Below are positions 1 through 13,100 of a DNA stretch of 64,000 nt, one piece after another. The position numbers and the translations under genes were made by a program. The stretch comes from Camelus dromedarius (taxonomy: Eukaryota). Within the stretch, counting starts at the first letter, position 1. Each line of letters begins with the position of its first letter. The stretch covers positions 26,476,001-26,540,000 of the forward strand of contig NC_087437.1 of NCBI RefSeq assembly GCF_036321535.1. The letters run 5' to 3'. The notes under the pieces are model-generated. The model was given only the letters and a program-made list of their open reading frames with translations, had not been told where the DNA came from and did not search any database.

Positions 1-970
1 CCCATTCATCAATTGATGGACATTTAGCTAATTTCCACGTGTTGGTTATTATGAATAATAGTGCTGTGAACATTCACATACAAGTTTTGTGTGTACTTAT
101 ACTTTCATTTCTCTTGGATGTATACCTAGAATGGATTGTTATGTAGTAACTCTGTGTTTATCTTAAAAAAATTTTTTTGATTATGTAAGTTTGAGGTGTA
201 CAGCACTATAGTTCAATATCTATATGCACTTTAGAGTGCTCATCATATGCTTAACTTTTTAGGAACTGCCAGACTGTTTTTCAAAGTACCTGTACCATTT
301 AAATTCCTGCCAGCAATGTATGAGGATTTTGATTTCTCCTTCCAAAGGAATTTGATAATCAACTTGTCTAGCTCTGGAAAAACCTGATGATATTTTTATT
401 AGAATTTCATTATATAACTAAATTAATTCAGGGAGAATTAACACTTTTAGGATGTTAAATCTCCTTATCCAAGAACATGGTATGTCCTTCCATGTGTTCA
501 ACTCTTTTTTATGTACTCAGGAAGTTTATTCTAGCTCAAAACCAATGTGAGAAAAACATTTCTCATTAAATTTATGCCTAGATATTTTATTCTTTGCTAT
601 TGTAAGTGAGGTCTACTCTTCTACTATATCTACTAACTGGTTTTTATTGTATTTATAAAAGTGTATTTTTGTACATTGGTTTTTATAACCTGCAATTTGA
701 CTGAATTCTCTTACTGTTGGCAGAGTTTTTCCATTGCCAATAGAAATAGTTTTATCTTTTCCTTCCTAGTTCTTATGCTTATAATTGTTTTCTCTTATCT
801 AATTGCGTTGGCTAGTACCTTCAATACCATGTTAAATAGTAATGGAGATAGCAGGCATTTTTACCTTGTTCCTCACTTTAGTGAGAAAGCTTCTTGTTTT
901 GTCTTTAAGGGTCTGGCTTTTTATCATATTAAGAAAGTATCCATCCATTTCTGTTTTATTGTACTTTATT
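1..970 (-). mobile_element. Old L1 fragments
   Basis: Typical antisense L1 3'/ORF2 relic motifs (catcaattgatgggacattta..., gttaaatagtaatggagatagcaggcat); boundaries approximate. Confidence 0.75.
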
Positions 971-2885
971 CCTTTTAACTACTGTTCATTCTAATTCTGG
1001 CTTCCATCACTTCTTAGCTGTGTGACCTTCAACAACAATAAAAACTTGTCATCTCTGGGCCTTAACCTCTCTCATCTTTAAAAATGATGTAGTGCCTACA
1101 GCATACAACACTGCTATGAAGATTTAACACGTTAATCAAATTCTTGGAGGAATACCTGCTACATAGTAAATGGTTCATAAATGTTAGCCATTAATCTCCT
1201 CTCCCAACTTTGGTCTGCTTCAGAAAGTGCTATGAAAATATCCTTGATCATACATCACGTGCGGTTGCACAAATGTGTCTTTATCGAAAGCACCTGAAAG
1301 TGGACCCGCTGGAGTACAACAGTTTTAAATTTAAGTAAACAGCTGTCATACTGCCCTCCACAAAAAGTGAATCAATTATGGAAAGCCAATGTTTTCTTTT
1401 ATTTTTGCCAATAATATGTACTATCAGTCTTTTAAATTACTTGCTTCTCTGATAAGAAAACTCATTGGTTTTTTAGGAGAGCCAGTGTTTTCCTCTGCTC
1501 TTGCCAATAATATGTATTATCAGTGTTTTTAAGTGCTTGCCACTCTGATAAGGAAACTCATTGGTTAAGTTAGCATTTTCTATTCATAGAGAACTTTTCT
1601 GTAAACCGTTTGGTATTTTTTATTTGTTTTGGTCTTTAAAAAATTGAACTCTAAAAGCATTTTGTAACTTTTTAGTAGGAGAGAAAACATATTGATGGCA
1701 TGTAAGTTTTAACAATTGTGGGCAGAGGAAAGGATTGTGTTTGCTCATAGTAAGTAGCAAGGTGCACTGGAGAGATTGCTAGGCTGTGGCCACTAGAGGG
1801 TCATTTAATCTTCATGGACCTATTTTTTTCTCTTTTGAAAATGAAGAATTAGAATAAAAAGTTCTCAAAATTCCTTTTAACTCTAAAATCTTCTTTCTCA
1901 TGTTTAAGTACTCTATTTTTTCATGTTTCATCCGTAGCACCAGGTACAATGACTGTATCAAGTAGATATTCAGTAAAAGCCGGTGAAATCAAACTGTTGT
2001 TATGCTACCTCAGCATTCTTCAACAAGACAGAACAGGGTACTGGGGCACCAAAACAGGATGTGTCACAAATGGGACACCTAGCAGGGGACGTAGGCTGTT
2101 TGATGAGGCAGTCATGAGTTTCATCTGAAGGGAGCACGTTCAGACTAATAGCTGAAATAGTGAGGGTGTCCAACGGTTGGACTGATCACAGGTCACTGTC
2201 TGGAAACTTGTTTATAGGAAAGAAGACTCTGGTGTATGGTTGTATATCCACTGGGGCTCAGTAGTTTGGCTCCAGTTCTTTGATCCAAGATGGCGGGGAT
2301 TGGATAACAAAACAGACAACAGGCAAGACCTCATGTCAACAGAGGAATTGGGAAATTAGAGATTATTGCTGTAAAGTTTGGGCGGGGACACCTGGTTTAA
2401 AATTACCCTCGGACCTCATGCAAAGGAAAATAAGACACTGTTTCCTAGGTTGCTTAGGACTCTGCTTCACTGAGCAGTTCTTGGCTACAGAGCACGTGGA
2501 ATATACTGTATTGTGGGGTGGACATGGAGGTAGTGTGGGAAGATACTAAAGCTATTTAAATATCTCCTCCTTCAAATACAAATTGATCTGGTGTTAGGAC
2601 AGGACAAGGATGAGTCTGCAGCCTAAGCTGTAGGAGCCTGGACAGAGGAAACAGAGATAAAGATGGAGGACTGATGTTCTGTTGAAGTTCTCCACCATAT
2701 ATCATTGCTGTCACCACCTCCACCGTTAGCAATTTAGTTAAGAAAAAAGCAGTATCTTGAATGTAAAATTGAGCTTTTGATTTAAGATACTTAAAACCTG
2801 TCAATTGTAGAGCCTTTAAAAATCTTCACAATATATCTTGACAGTAAACTAAAATGGTCTGAGATAGCAGACTGACTAAACTGTA

Positions 2886-2899
2886 TAGATGGATGGATG

Positions 2900-2965
<66 letters not shown>
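2886..2965. repeat. (GGAT)n(AGAT)n tetranucleotide microsatellite
   Basis: Direct reading; about 16 perfect AGAT units. Confidence 0.97.
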
Positions 2966-4270
2966 GTGACCGATCAATCATTTAGTCTGGCTTCTAAACC
3001 CTCACAATGTTACTTTATAGCTGGTTGGTGGGAGTGCGGTAGGGAGGTTGCAGAGGATCAGCACCTCCTGGAAAGGCTTATCTATTTAAAAGTGGCACCA
3101 CGTGTTAACTATATCTCAGCCCTAGCCCTGAGGCAGTTTCAGAGGGTTTGTGCCAAGAACAGGGACATTATGTACAGAGCTGGTCTTAGGCTGGAAGAAA
3201 TGGTAGCAAATAGAACATCCCAGACAGCTTTTCTCTCTTTTACTCTGATGATGTATCAGTCACTTCAGTATTTTATGTAAAGTTACAAAAATGCATATAA
3301 ATCTTTGTCATCTTCTATTCTGCTAGAAAGTGAAGTAAAAAACTGCTTTTTAGCAATCTTAGTAGTTTTTGGAAAATATGTAAATTATTGAGGGAAATTC
3401 CTGGTGTTATCTTTTTTGTTTTTATTTTTGTTGAAGATTGATAGAGCTCTTTGGATGTGAATAGGATTATTTATAGCATAAAGACTTAAAAATCACTTTG
3501 GAATAGAAGTAATTGGCTTTCATGTTACTTTTTAAAGTACCCTGATATCCTAAGCATATCCTAACATAGGGGAAGGAGTCAGCCTGTTTTTATTTCCTTG
3601 TATATTGAGAATTTTTGTTTTGTATCTAACCCTTCTGTTGTGAATACCTGGAGTTGCTATCTGAAAAATCACCCAGTAGTAGGCAACAAAGTAGTGTTGC
3701 TGGCACCATACCAGTCGAGTAACACAGAGTACAATGGAGAAATCAGTCATCTTTCTGAACAGACTCCCTAGACGGAGGATATTTTCTATTGCAGGATTTT
3801 GCTGCCTTGTAAAATTTGCTCATGTAACACAAATAGTGTGCTTATTCTGATCAGTTTCACTTCATCAGTCCCTGTCTATTTTTATAATAGTAGTATCACA
3901 GTAACTAATAACATGGTAAATAACAAAGAAGAGTAAGGCATGTGGTATTCTCTACCCTCCCACACAACATAAAGATTTTGTTTTGTTTTTTTATTTCAGT
4001 CAAGCAATGTAAAAAGTTGAGACTAGAGAAGAAGCTACAACTCTGGTGCATTGCTTTGCCAGTTTTCCATTACATATCTCACAAATGAATGTGGAGTGCA
4101 GGGCTGTATATGTTGTACTTGGTACAAGTTTATGTAAAGCATAAAGGGAGTAGGGACTATATTTTTGTCAATAGTGGCTCCAGAGTTTTTTCATACAAGG
4201 AACTGATGAATAGTAATTTGGTTGGGGTGGAGGTTCTTGTTGACATACCACCCAAGATACTGCCATTTTT

Positions 4271-4402
4271 TAGAAATGTATTTATTTGGGGGGGAGGTAA
4301 TTAGGTTATTTATTTATTTTTTTAAAAGGAGGCACTGGGATTGAATCCAGGACCTTGTGCACGCTAAGCACGCGCTCTACCACTGAGCTATACCCTCCCC
4401 CC
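4271..4402 (-). mobile_element. tRNA-Ala-derived SINE (Vic-1 type, camelid)
   Basis: Revcomp GGGGGGAGGGTATAGCTCAGTGGTAGAGCGCGTGCTTAGC...GGATTCAATCCCAGTGCCTCC plus AT-rich tail; TGCCATTTTT direct repeat on both flanks. Confidence 0.88.
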
Positions 4403-4781
4403 AGTAATGCCATTTTTAAATGTTGATTTTGTATGCAAAATATGCTAACTTTTGCCTAGGTTACTGAATTCAGTAAATGCATGTTTCTAGGATGGACACG
4501 GTAATATGGTAAGTATTAATTGGCTGATTTCCTCTACTCAGTCTAAAAGCTTCCTTTTAATTGTATAGGCAAGTTATTTTGGCAAATATGTAAAATGGAC
4601 TTAAAGATGAAAAAAGCATCCCTTAAGTTATTGGAAATCATATGTTATAAAATGAGATGTGTCTGATGGATTGAATTGTAGTGTCTAAATGCCTTTTAAA
4701 AACATTTTCTTTGTTCTTAATTAACACCATAATTTGGCAACTATTAATATTTCCCAATTATTAAATTTTGTTTTCTTCCAG

Positions 4782-4887
4782 GGGCCACATCATCTTAGTT
4801 CCGGAATTTAGTCTTCCTCTGGAGTACTACCTAATCCCCTTCCTTATCATAGTGGGCATCTGTCTCATCTTGATAGTCATTTTTATG
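4782..4887 (+). CDS. RNF13: RNF13 coding exon (transmembrane segment)
   Basis: ttttcttccAG acceptor and ATG|GTaggt donor; 106 nt; translates (G)GHIILVPEFSLPLEYYLIPFLIIVGICLILIVIFM, the recognisable RNF13 TM region. Upstream exons lie outside the window. Confidence 0.97.
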
Positions 4888-4956
4888 GTAGGTAAATTAA
4901 TTTTAAATACTTTTTAAAAAATAGTATGAATGGCTCTAAAACACGTTGTATTGAAT

Positions 4957-5071
4957 GGGGGGGAGGGTATAGCTCAAGTGATAGAGTGCATGCTTAGCAT
5001 GCATGAGGTTCTGGATTCAATCCCCAGTACCTCCTCTAAAACAAACAAACAAATAAACAAAAAAACCTAAA
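4957..5071 (+). mobile_element. tRNA-Ala-derived SINE (Vic-1 type)
   Basis: GGGGGGGAGGGTATAGCTCAAGTGATAGAG (A box) ... GGATTCAATCCCC (B box), A-rich tail, long flanking direct repeat. Confidence 0.9.
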
Positions 5072-5680
5072 AAAAAATAGTATGAATGGCTCTAAAAGAC
5101 ATTGTATTGAGTGAAAGAAACCATACATCAAAGAGTACATATTGTATGAGTCCATTTATATGGCTGGTTCTGGAAAAGGCAAAGATAATCTGGGTAGGAA
5201 AAAAGTCAAAACAGTGATTGCTTCTAGGGGGCTAGGGAGGAGTGAATGATTCACTCAGAAGGGTATGAGGGAATTTCCTGGGGAGGGAGAGTCATGTTCT
5301 ATATCTTGAGAGAGCTCTGGGCTGCAATGTCTGAATCACCAAATTGCATACTTAAATTTTGTGCATTTCATTGTAAGTAAAGTTAACCCAAAAAGGAAAA
5401 AAAAAAGAACTATAAAAAGTATTAAACTCTAAGTAATGAGTTTATATGCTGATGTATTTGGGGGGAAATATACTGATATTTGCAACTTACTTTGAAATGC
5501 ATTGTATAAAATTAAGAGAAAAAAGATATATTGATGGGTAGATAGCAGGATGGATAAATATGTGATTAAAAAGTATAGTAAAATGCTGATTGTAGGATCT
5601 AGGTAGTGAGTATATGGGTTTTTATTGTAAAATTCTTACAACTTTTCTCTGTGTTTGAAAATTTTTATGTTAAAATGTAA
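5072..5680 (+). mobile_element. Old L1 3' end
   Basis: ttgagtgaaagaaaccatacatcaaagagtacatattgtatgagtccatttata-type L1M 3' UTR; approximate. Confidence 0.7.
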
Positions 5681-5738
5681 ATAAGGAATAGTTTGAGGGC
5701 TTGAGATTAAGGGAGAGTGACACATTGTTTCTCCAGAA

Positions 5739-6050
5739 CAGTGGTTACCAAGGCATGGTCTCAGGACTCTTAGTGGATCTGCAAGGTCAAAATTACTTTA
5801 ATACTGATATTAAGATATGATTTGCCTTTGTCACTCTCATTCCCTCAGGGTTTATAGTGGCGAGGCTACGTGGTGTGTGATATCAAAACAAATTGAAGGC
5901 AGAAGCAGATATGAGAATCTCTCTGTTTCTGTTAAGATAAATTTTAAAAGAGATTTACAAAGATATAAAACAATTCCACTATTGTCTCTAACTTTTTTAT
6001 TTTCAAAAAGTATTTATATTAACATCTAATGAGTTTATTATTGTACTGAA
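5739..6050. mobile_element. hAT-Charlie-like DNA transposon fragment
   Basis: Starts CAGTGGTT; internal gtgatatc...gaaggcagaagcagatatgagaatc motif recognised as Charlie-type; subfamily not assigned. Confidence 0.55.
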
Positions 6051-6263
6051 TTCATAGATTAATTTAAAGATTAAACACTGTCTTTGAAATGTTCAATCTT
6101 CCTATGATGCTGTGGTATTTCTTTTAATTTATTTAGGCCTTTCGTATCCATCAGCTTAATAATCTTTTTTTCTGTAAACATTTTGCATCTCTTTTGTTAG
6201 ACTTTTTTGGAATTGCATTTTCTAATTGGTTATTATTAAGGTATAAAAACATTATTGATTTTT

Positions 6264-7313
6264 TAAAATAAACTTTTAATTTTGGAATAATGTTAAGATT
6301 TACAGAAAAGTTGCAAAGAAAAGAGTTCCTGTACATTCCTCATTTAGTTTCCCCTATTGTTAACATTTTACTTTACCATGGTACACTTGTCAAAACTGAG
6401 AAATGGACATTGGTACATTACTGTTAGTAACTCTAGATTTTGTATAGATTTTACCAGTTTTTCCTTTAATGTTTCCTTTCTGTCCCAAGACCCAGCCCAG
6501 GTTACCACACTGTTTTTAATTGTCATGTATTCCCAGTCTCCTCTGATCTATGACAGTTTCTTAGTCTCTCCCCATTTTTCATGACCTTGGCAGTCTTGAG
6601 GATCCTGGCGAGGTATCCCATAGAATGTCCCTTAATCTGACACTTTTCTTACAGTTAGACTGGGTTATAGGATTTTAAAAAGAGTATTACTGAAGTGAAG
6701 TGTCCTTCTCATCATATCCTGTCAGGGGCTATATGATATCTGCACAATGTCAATGATAATATTAACCTTCATCCCTTGGTTGAGGTAATGATTGCCAGGT
6801 TTCTCCACCATGAAGTTAATGTTTTTCTCTTTCTCTTTTCTCTTCTTTCTTTGGAACTGAGGTGTGCCCTAAAGGTGGGGAGGGCCAGGAATTAAGCTCC
6901 ACTTACTGGAAGGAGGAAGTATCTGTATATATTATTTGGAATTCTTTTGTAAGAAATATTTATTTCTTCTTGGCATTTATTTATTTATTTATTCAATCAT
7001 TTATTTATATTGGTTTGTACTCTGTATATTTATTTTATACTTTGGGTAATAATCCAGTACTACGCTATATATTTTTGTTGTTTAAATTGTTCGAGCTTTG
7101 GCTTTGGGAGCTCTGTTAGCCTGGGTCTTGCATCCCTTCAATTCGACCCATCCTTTTGTTTTGTAAGTACTTCTTCAGTGTTTGGTACCATAAGAAGCTC
7201 CAGGCTCATCTTTTGTTTTTCTTGCCTCAGCCCTAGAATAAGATATTTCTCAAAGGAGCCCTGGTTTTTTTAAATTGCAGAGTAGTATTTAGTAACCAAC
7301 ATTTGGATACTGG
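6264..7313 (-). mobile_element. L1MC/MD-type 3' fragment nested in an older L1
   Basis: Perfect 15-bp TSD ACATTATTGATTTTT at 6249-6263 and 7314-7328; canonical end ttttggaataat...agatttacagaaaagttgcaaaga. Confidence 0.8.
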
Positions 7314-8007
7314 ACATTATTGATTTTTGTATATTAATCTTGTCTCTGCAAACTTGCTGAATTCTCCTATTCTAGTTATTTGAATTTGTTGATTCTCTTG
7401 GGTTTTCAGTGTAGAAGCAAAGAAGTATACAAGGGTAGAACAACAAACCTTGGCAAGCCAAAAGTAAATTACCCTTAAATTAATAAAGATTATTGACTAA
7501 AAACTTAAAGTGAACATCATTAAATGGTGAATTATTAGAAACCTTCCCTTGAAGGTCAGGAACAAAAAAGAGAATGCCTGTTTAAAATTGTGCTATATTT
7601 TCTGGTAAAACAAGAAAAAAAAGTGTAAGGATTAGAAAAAAAGGAAACAAATTTTTATTTGCTTTTTTCTTTTTAAATAATGAATGGTGCTGAATTATAT
7701 ATATGTTTTTCTATCTGTTGTAATAATCATTACTTTTTCTCCTACTCTGTTCTTATGTTGGATTAATTTGTTTTGTAAATTAAAAAAATCTTTGTATTTT
7801 TGGTATAAAATTTATTTGATTATGATGTATAAATTATGTCTTTGCATGATGGGTTATTAAGATTTCTAATATGGGTCAGCCAGTTTTACACTTGGACAAA
7901 GGTGCAAAAATCCTAAATAAAATATTAGCAATCTGAATGTCCAGGTAAGGGGAAATTTTAGTTTTATGGAGCTAGAATAATTTTGACATCAAGTCAGTCT
8001 TCTTGAG

Positions 8008-8660
8008 CACTGTTGGTAGGGATGTTAAGTGAAGCAGCCAGTATAGAAAACAGTATAGCAGTTCTTCAAAAAAAAAAAAAAAAAAGACATTAATTTACCA
8101 TATGATCAGGCAATAGCACTTCTGGGTATACCCAAAAGAATTGAAAGCAGAGAGTAGGCAGGTATTTGTACACTTACGTTCATAACAGCATTATTTGCAG
8201 TAGTCAAAGGTGGAAGCAACTCAGTTGTCCGTTGATGGATGAATAGATAAACAAAATGTGATATATATATGCAATGGAATATTATGTAGCCTTAAAAAGA
8301 AAGAAAATTCTGGCACATGCTACAACATGGATGAACTTTGAAGACATTGTGCTAAGGGTAATTGGTCAGTCACCAAAGGCCAAATACTGTATGATTCTAT
8401 TTATATGTGGTACATAGAGTAGTCAGATTCAGAGACAGAAAGTAGAATAGTGGTTGCTAGGGGCTGTAGGGAGGGGAGGTTGCAGGATTACTGTTTAATG
8501 GGTACAGAGTTTCAGTTCTGGGAGATGAAAAGAATTTGGTGGATGGATGTTGGTGATGGTAGCACAACAGTGTGAATGTACTTGATGCCACAGAACTGTG
8601 TATTTAAAAAGTGGTTAAGATAGAAAATTTTGTTATGTGTATTTTACCATAGTTTAAATA
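8008..8660 (+). mobile_element. L1 (L1MB-like) 3' end
   Basis: cactgttggtagggatgt...tacccaaaagaattgaaagcag...tgctacaacatggatgaac...tgtgtattttacca. Confidence 0.85.
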
Positions 8661-10144
8661 ATTAGACAAGATAAAACTAGCCCCATAAAATTAAAGCTTT
8701 CTCTTATTTTCTGTTTTCTAAAAGAGTTTTTTAAAAATAAAATCAAAATTATCCTTTACTTGAATTTTTGGTGAAGGTTGTCTATAAAATCAGCTGGGTC
8801 TGCTGACCTTTTTCATAATTGCTTGGACATATTTTGTCTACTTCTTCGAACTGAATTATATTTCTAGGAAATTGTCTGTTTTGTCTGTTTTCAAGTATTG
8901 TTGTATAAAGTGACTTATGATATTTACATACTCATATAACAATTTAAAGAGACTTTCATTCCACATATGTGGAATGAGTTCTGTTTATTCATATCCATCT
9001 GTGCCTTGCACAGTGTTGTCAGAAGTTTGTCTTGAAAGAAGTGGACTTTGAGATTTTCTTTTTTTTCTTTCATTCAACAAATACTTATTCTGCACCCGTG
9101 ATAAACCTAGGCATTGCTCTAGGGTGTGAAGTTTCCTCTGAGGAAAATAGGTAAAAATTCCTGATATCAAGCAGCTTAAATTCCCATGGGACTTATATTC
9201 TAACGTCTTTACTTTTTTAATCTGTCTCATGAATTTTTTCTCTTAGCATTATTTTCTTTCTTCTATTTTGTTTGGATACGTTGCTTTTCTTTTTCTAGCT
9301 TGATCAGCTGAATACTTACTCTTTTTTTTTTCTTTCTAGTTTATGCCTTTGGGTTATAAATTTCTCTTTCACAGTCGCTTTAGTTGTATATAATTCATTA
9401 CTTTTGATAAGGAATATTTTTATTTTTATTTGGTTTAAATAAAAAAAAATTTTTTTTCACTGTTATATAGGACATTTCTTTACCACTCTTGACGTTTCCA
9501 TCCATGTGAATGGGGAAGTCAATTACTAATACTCCTTTGCCCTTCCCTGCGCTTTTACTCATTTGGTCTTGGAGGCAATGAAGTATCTTACCTGTGCGGT
9601 ACATTTGGGAAGAATAAATTAGGGCATGCTTGGCTTAGCTTTACCTTTCTCTTGGGACCAGCCTGTCTTCATCTCCTCCAGGACTGGTTCTGCTGTGAAG
9701 GGAAGGCCTGCTCCATTCTGGAGTTGTCTTTGTCTGTACGTGGGTGGGTGAGGCAATCTAATTCTGTGGTTTAGGAAAAGATTCTCTTTCTCCACTGAGT
9801 TAGGTACTCCACCTGTCTCCATCTGCCATTTGTGATCTTATTTCTCAAGTTATTTAGAATCCTGGTGGCAAAGAGGCATGGTGATTGTGGTTAAATTTTG
9901 AAAACATTCCCCATGTGTGTGAAAAGAATTGTGGAATGCAGAGGTTTATATATATGTCCATTAGTTTGAGCTTGTGTATTTGTTTTGTCCAATTTTTTTT
10001 AAAGGCAGCTTTATTGAGGTATAATTCACATAATGCAAAACTGACCCATTTAAATTATATAACTTAGTGGTTTTTAGTATATTCACAGAAATGTGCAATC
10101 ATTGCAATTGTCTATAGTTTTTTGTTCTCTTCTGTTTTCTAAAT

Positions 10145-10442
10145 CAGTGCTAGGCAGCAGAATGATATTTCTTGTAATTTAAAATTTTCTGGTAGCCAAA
10201 TTTGAAAAGGTAAAAAGAAACAGGTGAAATTAACTTAAAGACTATATTTATTTAACCTAATAATCTAAAATGTATTTCAACATTCAGTTAATATAAATAT
10301 AAAATATGTTTTCCATTCTTTTTGTACTAAATCGTTGCAATCTAGTGTGTACTTTATACTTTTACAGCAAATCTCAATTGAGACTAGCCACATTTCAAGT
10401 GCACATATATGTATAGTGACTACCGTATTGGGTATCATAGGT
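10145..10442. mobile_element. MER33-like hAT-Charlie element
   Basis: aattttctggtagcca...aaaaagaaacaggtgaaattaa...actagccacatttcaagtgc. Confidence 0.7.
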
Positions 10443-10456
10443 CTGTAGTCTTTACA

Positions 10457-11425
10457 TTTTTTTTTATTGAATTATAGTTAGTTTACAGTGTTGTGTACAG
10501 CACAATTTTTCAGTCATACATGAATATACATATATTCATTTTCATATTCTTTTTCACCGTGAGCTACAACAAGATATTGAATATGTTTCCCTGTGCTATA
10601 CAGTATAAACTTCTTTATCTATTTTATATATACCTGTCAGTATCTGCAGATCTTGAACTCCCAGTTTATCCCGTCCCATGTCCCTCCCCCATGGCAACCA
10701 CAAGTTTGTATTCTATGTCTGTGAGTCTGTTTCTGTTTTATATATAAGTTCATTTGTCTTTTTTTTTAAAATTCCACATATGACTGATATCATATGGTAT
10801 TTTTCTTTCTCTTTCTGGCTTACTTCAGTTAGAATGACATTCTTCAGGAACATCCATGTTGCTGCAAATGGCATTATGTTGTCATTTTATGGCTGAATAG
10901 TATTCCATTATATAAATATACCACAACTTCTTTATCCAGTCATCTGTCAGTGCACATTTAGGTATTTCCATGTCTTGGCTATTGTAAATAATGCTGCTAT
11001 GAACATTGGGGTGCAGGTGTCTTTTTGAATTAGTGTTCCTTCTGGCTATATGCCCAGGAGTGGGATGGCTGGATCATATGATAAATCTGTTTTTAGTCTT
11101 TTGAGGAATCTCCATACTGTTTTCCACAATGGCTTCACCAAACTGCATTCCTATCAACAGTGTAGGGGGTTTCCCTTTTCTCCACACCCTCTCCAGCATT
11201 TATCATTTGTGGACTTTAGAATGATGGCCATTATGACTGGTGTGAGGTGATACCTCATTGTAGTTTTGATTTGCATTTCTATGATAGTGATATTGAGCAA
11301 TTTTTCATATGCCTATTGGTCATTCATATGTCTTCATTGGATAATTGCTTGTTTAGGTCTTCTGCCCATTTTTGGATTGGGTTGTTTGTTTTTTTCTTAT
11401 TAAGTCATACGAGCTGTTTATATAT
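10457..11425 (-). mobile_element. Young lineage L1, 5'-truncated (3' UTR plus ORF2 tail)
   Basis: PolyT then tttattgaattatag..., catccatgttgctgcaaatggc, gaggaatctccatactgttttccacaatggc. Confidence 0.9.
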
Positions 11426-11934
11426 ACTTTTTTTTTTGGTCTGCCTGAGCTAGAAATTACTGAGCTTGTGATCTTGTGTATTTCTCACATAATTTTGTCA
11501 TTTTCTGGGTGAAGTGTCCTTTTTAACATTGTGATAAATATCTCCTAATGATGATTTTTGTCTTATATCCTATTTTACTTGATATATCAGCTTTTGCTTA
11601 GTATTGTCATGGTATATCTTTATCCATCCCTGTATTTTTTAACCTTTATTTTTATCTTAATGTGTCATTAAGTTTTAATCTTGTATCTTGTAAATTGCAT
11701 ATGGTTGGAATTTTTTAGTTACCCAACATGATACACTCTGTTAAAAAAAAAACTGGTGAATTTAGTCCATTTACATTTTTTGTGATTTGGACTAATTTCT
11801 GTTGTTTACTCTTTTTTTTTCTTTAACTATGCAGATTTGGATTACTCAACTTTTTTTCTCTTTCTCTCCACCTCTCTCTCCTACTAGTTTGAAAGCTTAC
11901 ATTGTATTGTTGTTATCCTTAAATTTTTAAAATA

Positions 11935-13100
11935 AACATTTATTGAAGTATGATTAACATATTAACAAACTGCACATATTTAAATTGTACAATTTAGTTA
12001 AGTTTTGACATATATATATATATATATAGATATATATATATATATACACACACACATACACACATACACACACATATACACACATCTTTCAAACCACCAC
12101 CACAATCAAGATAATGAAATATTGATCAGCTCAAAAAGTTTCCTCATGCTCTATGGTAATCTATCCCTTTCACCCCTTCCAAATTTCTTCTTCATGTACC
12201 TCTCCCCCTCCCCAACATCCCTAGGTAACCACAGATCTGCTTTTAGTCATATAGATTAGTTTGCGTTTTCTACAACTTTATATACAGGGAATCATAAACT
12301 ATGTACTCTTTTGTGTCTGCCTTCTTTCTCTCAGAAGAATTATTTTGAGATTCATATATGTTATTGAGTATGTTGATATTCATTACTTTTTATTGTCAAG
12401 TTGTATTCCACTGTATGACTATACCACAGTTTTGTTTATCCATTTACCTTGTTGATGAAATTTGGCTTGTTTCTAGTTTTTGGCTATTACAGATAAAGCT
12501 GACATAGACTTTTTGTGTATAAGCTGTTATATAGACTTATGCTTTCATTTCTATTGAGTAAATATAAGTAGGAGTGGTATGATTAGGTCATTTGGTTTAT
12601 ATGTATTTGAATTTATAAGAAACCACCAAACTACTTTTCAAAGTGGTTGTACCATTTTACAGTCCTTTCAGTAGTGTATCAGAGTGCCAGTTCCTCTACT
12701 TCCATGCCGACACTCGGTATAGTCAGTCTTTTTCATTTTAATCATTCTAATAGGTATATAATGGTATTTGTGATTTGAATTTTAATTTTCCTCTTGACTA
12801 TATTAAGCACCTCTTCAACTACTTACTTGCCATCTGCTTATCTTCAGTAGCAAAATGTTTATTCATATATTTTGTCCATTTTTTTTCTGTTGGCTGCTTG
12901 TTTTCTTATTAAGTTTTGAATTGTTCATATATTTTGGATAGAAATCCCTTATGAGATATGCAATTTATAAGTATTTTCTCCCAGTCTGTGGCTTGTCTTT
13001 CATCTTTTAACAGTGTCTTTTGAGGACAGAAGTCCTTAACAATGATGGAGTCAAATTTGTCAAAATTTTCTTTTATGGTGTTGCTTTTAGTATTTGGTTC
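11935..13100 (-). mobile_element. L1M 3' fragment containing a (TA)n(CA)n microsatellite at 12009-12083
   Basis: Antisense L1 motifs; ORF 12909..13136(-) contains ERQATDWEKI, an L1 ORF2 C-terminal relic. Confidence 0.8.

Noticed and set aside
4888..4897. Tandem donor GTAGGTAAAT (4-nt shift)
   Set aside because: Common by-product of the donor consensus; would frameshift; no evidence of use.
4957..5036. tRNA-Ala-like sequence as a tRNA gene
   Set aside because: G-rich head, A-rich tail, flanking duplication and two sibling copies identify it as a SINE.
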